64,000 nucleotides of DNA from an uncultured Gemmataceae bacterium (GTDB lineage: Bacteria > Planctomycetota > Planctomycetia > Gemmatales > Gemmataceae). Where the stretch lies: assembly GCA_963750165.1 (NCBI GenBank), contig CAVVPN010000003.1, positions 448,001 to 512,000 on the forward strand, read 5' to 3'. Of the stretch, positions 63,484 through 64,000 are shown in pieces. The notes below the pieces were generated by a model. That model was not told the DNA's origin. It ran no database searches and saw nothing but the letters and a program-made list of their open reading frames with translations. The translations under genes and the position numbers were made by a program. How positions within the stretch are numbered: position 1 is the stretch's first letter; each line of letters starts with the position of its first letter.

Positions 63484-64000
63484 ATGGCACAGCCACCGAC
63501 GCCATCCCGGATCGGTTATCTTCAGGCCAGTGATGGCGAATTGCTGACGCGCTTCCGTGCCGGCGACGGCCAGGCCCTGGACACGCTCCTGGAACGCTAC
63601 GAGTCGATCCTGTTTCCCTTTCTGCTGGGCATTCTCAAGGACCATCACCAGGCCGAAGACGCATTGCAGGAAACCTGGTGTCGGGCGCTGCAGCACGTGG
63701 ACCGCGTTGACTGGGATCACCTGCGCGGCTGGCTGTTCACGGTCGCCTACCACGAGGCGATGCTGCTCAAGCGCCGCCAGAAGGCCCGTGTCGCTGGCGA
63801 GGAGGGCCAGGATCTGGTGGCGGACGCCACGCCGGGGCCGCCCCTGCTCGCGGAACAGCGTGAGGAGTTACAGCGACTGCGGCAGCTGATCGAACGGTTG
63901 CCGCCGGCCCAGCGCGAGGTCATCCGCCGCCGGATCTACGAGGGACAGCGCTTCCGCGACATCGCGGATGAGTTGCACTGCCCGCTGAACACTGCCCTGG
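63484..64000 (+). CDS. ECF sigma-70 factor (3'-truncated by the window edge)
   Basis: AGGAGG RBS; own translation gives 'DGELLTRFRAGDGQALDTLLERY...AEDALQETW...LRGWLFTVA...LPPAQREVI...FRDIADEL'; not in the ORF track. Confidence 0.88.
   Translation, partial: MAQPPTPSRIGYLQASDGELLTRFRAGDGQALDTLLERYESILFPFLLGILKDHHQAEDALQETWCRALQHVDRVDWDHLRGWLFTVAYHEAMLLKRRQKARVAGEEGQDLVADATPGPPLLAEQREELQRLRQLIERLPPAQREVIRRRIYEGQRFRDIADELHCPLNTAL

Overview
A GC-rich bacterial chromosomal window, very probably a planctomycete (Gemmataceae-like). Supporting features are DUF1501, DUF1080 and PQQ-type beta-propeller genes, a PEP-CTERM protein and ECF sigma/Ser-Thr kinase pairs. About 55 genes are present, including argB-argD-argF, purN, an uxaC-like gene, glgP, thpR, rpiA, psuG, dps, lhr, a sigma-70 factor, a DUF433/PIN toxin-antitoxin pair, a beta-carbonic anhydrase + bestrophin pair and a cysteine dioxygenase + sulfite oxidase pair. 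Roughly 18 apparent single-base frameshifts split otherwise intact genes, which suggests uncorrected long-read indels. No rRNA, tRNA, CRISPR array or transposase was seen. Main candidates: (1) a hidden membrane-anchored thioredoxin-fold selenoprotein resembling selenoprotein N, with an in-frame UGA at 22269 and a SECIS-like hairpin; (2) a CDO carrying the eukaryote-type cross-link Cys next to a sulfite oxidase, the two sharing an E-F-x4-G-I C-terminal tail; (3) many palindromic REP/MITE elements, including a MITE nested in a REP loop with a 4-bp target duplication and two palindromes inserted in frame inside genes. Family assignments come from recognised motifs, not database searches.
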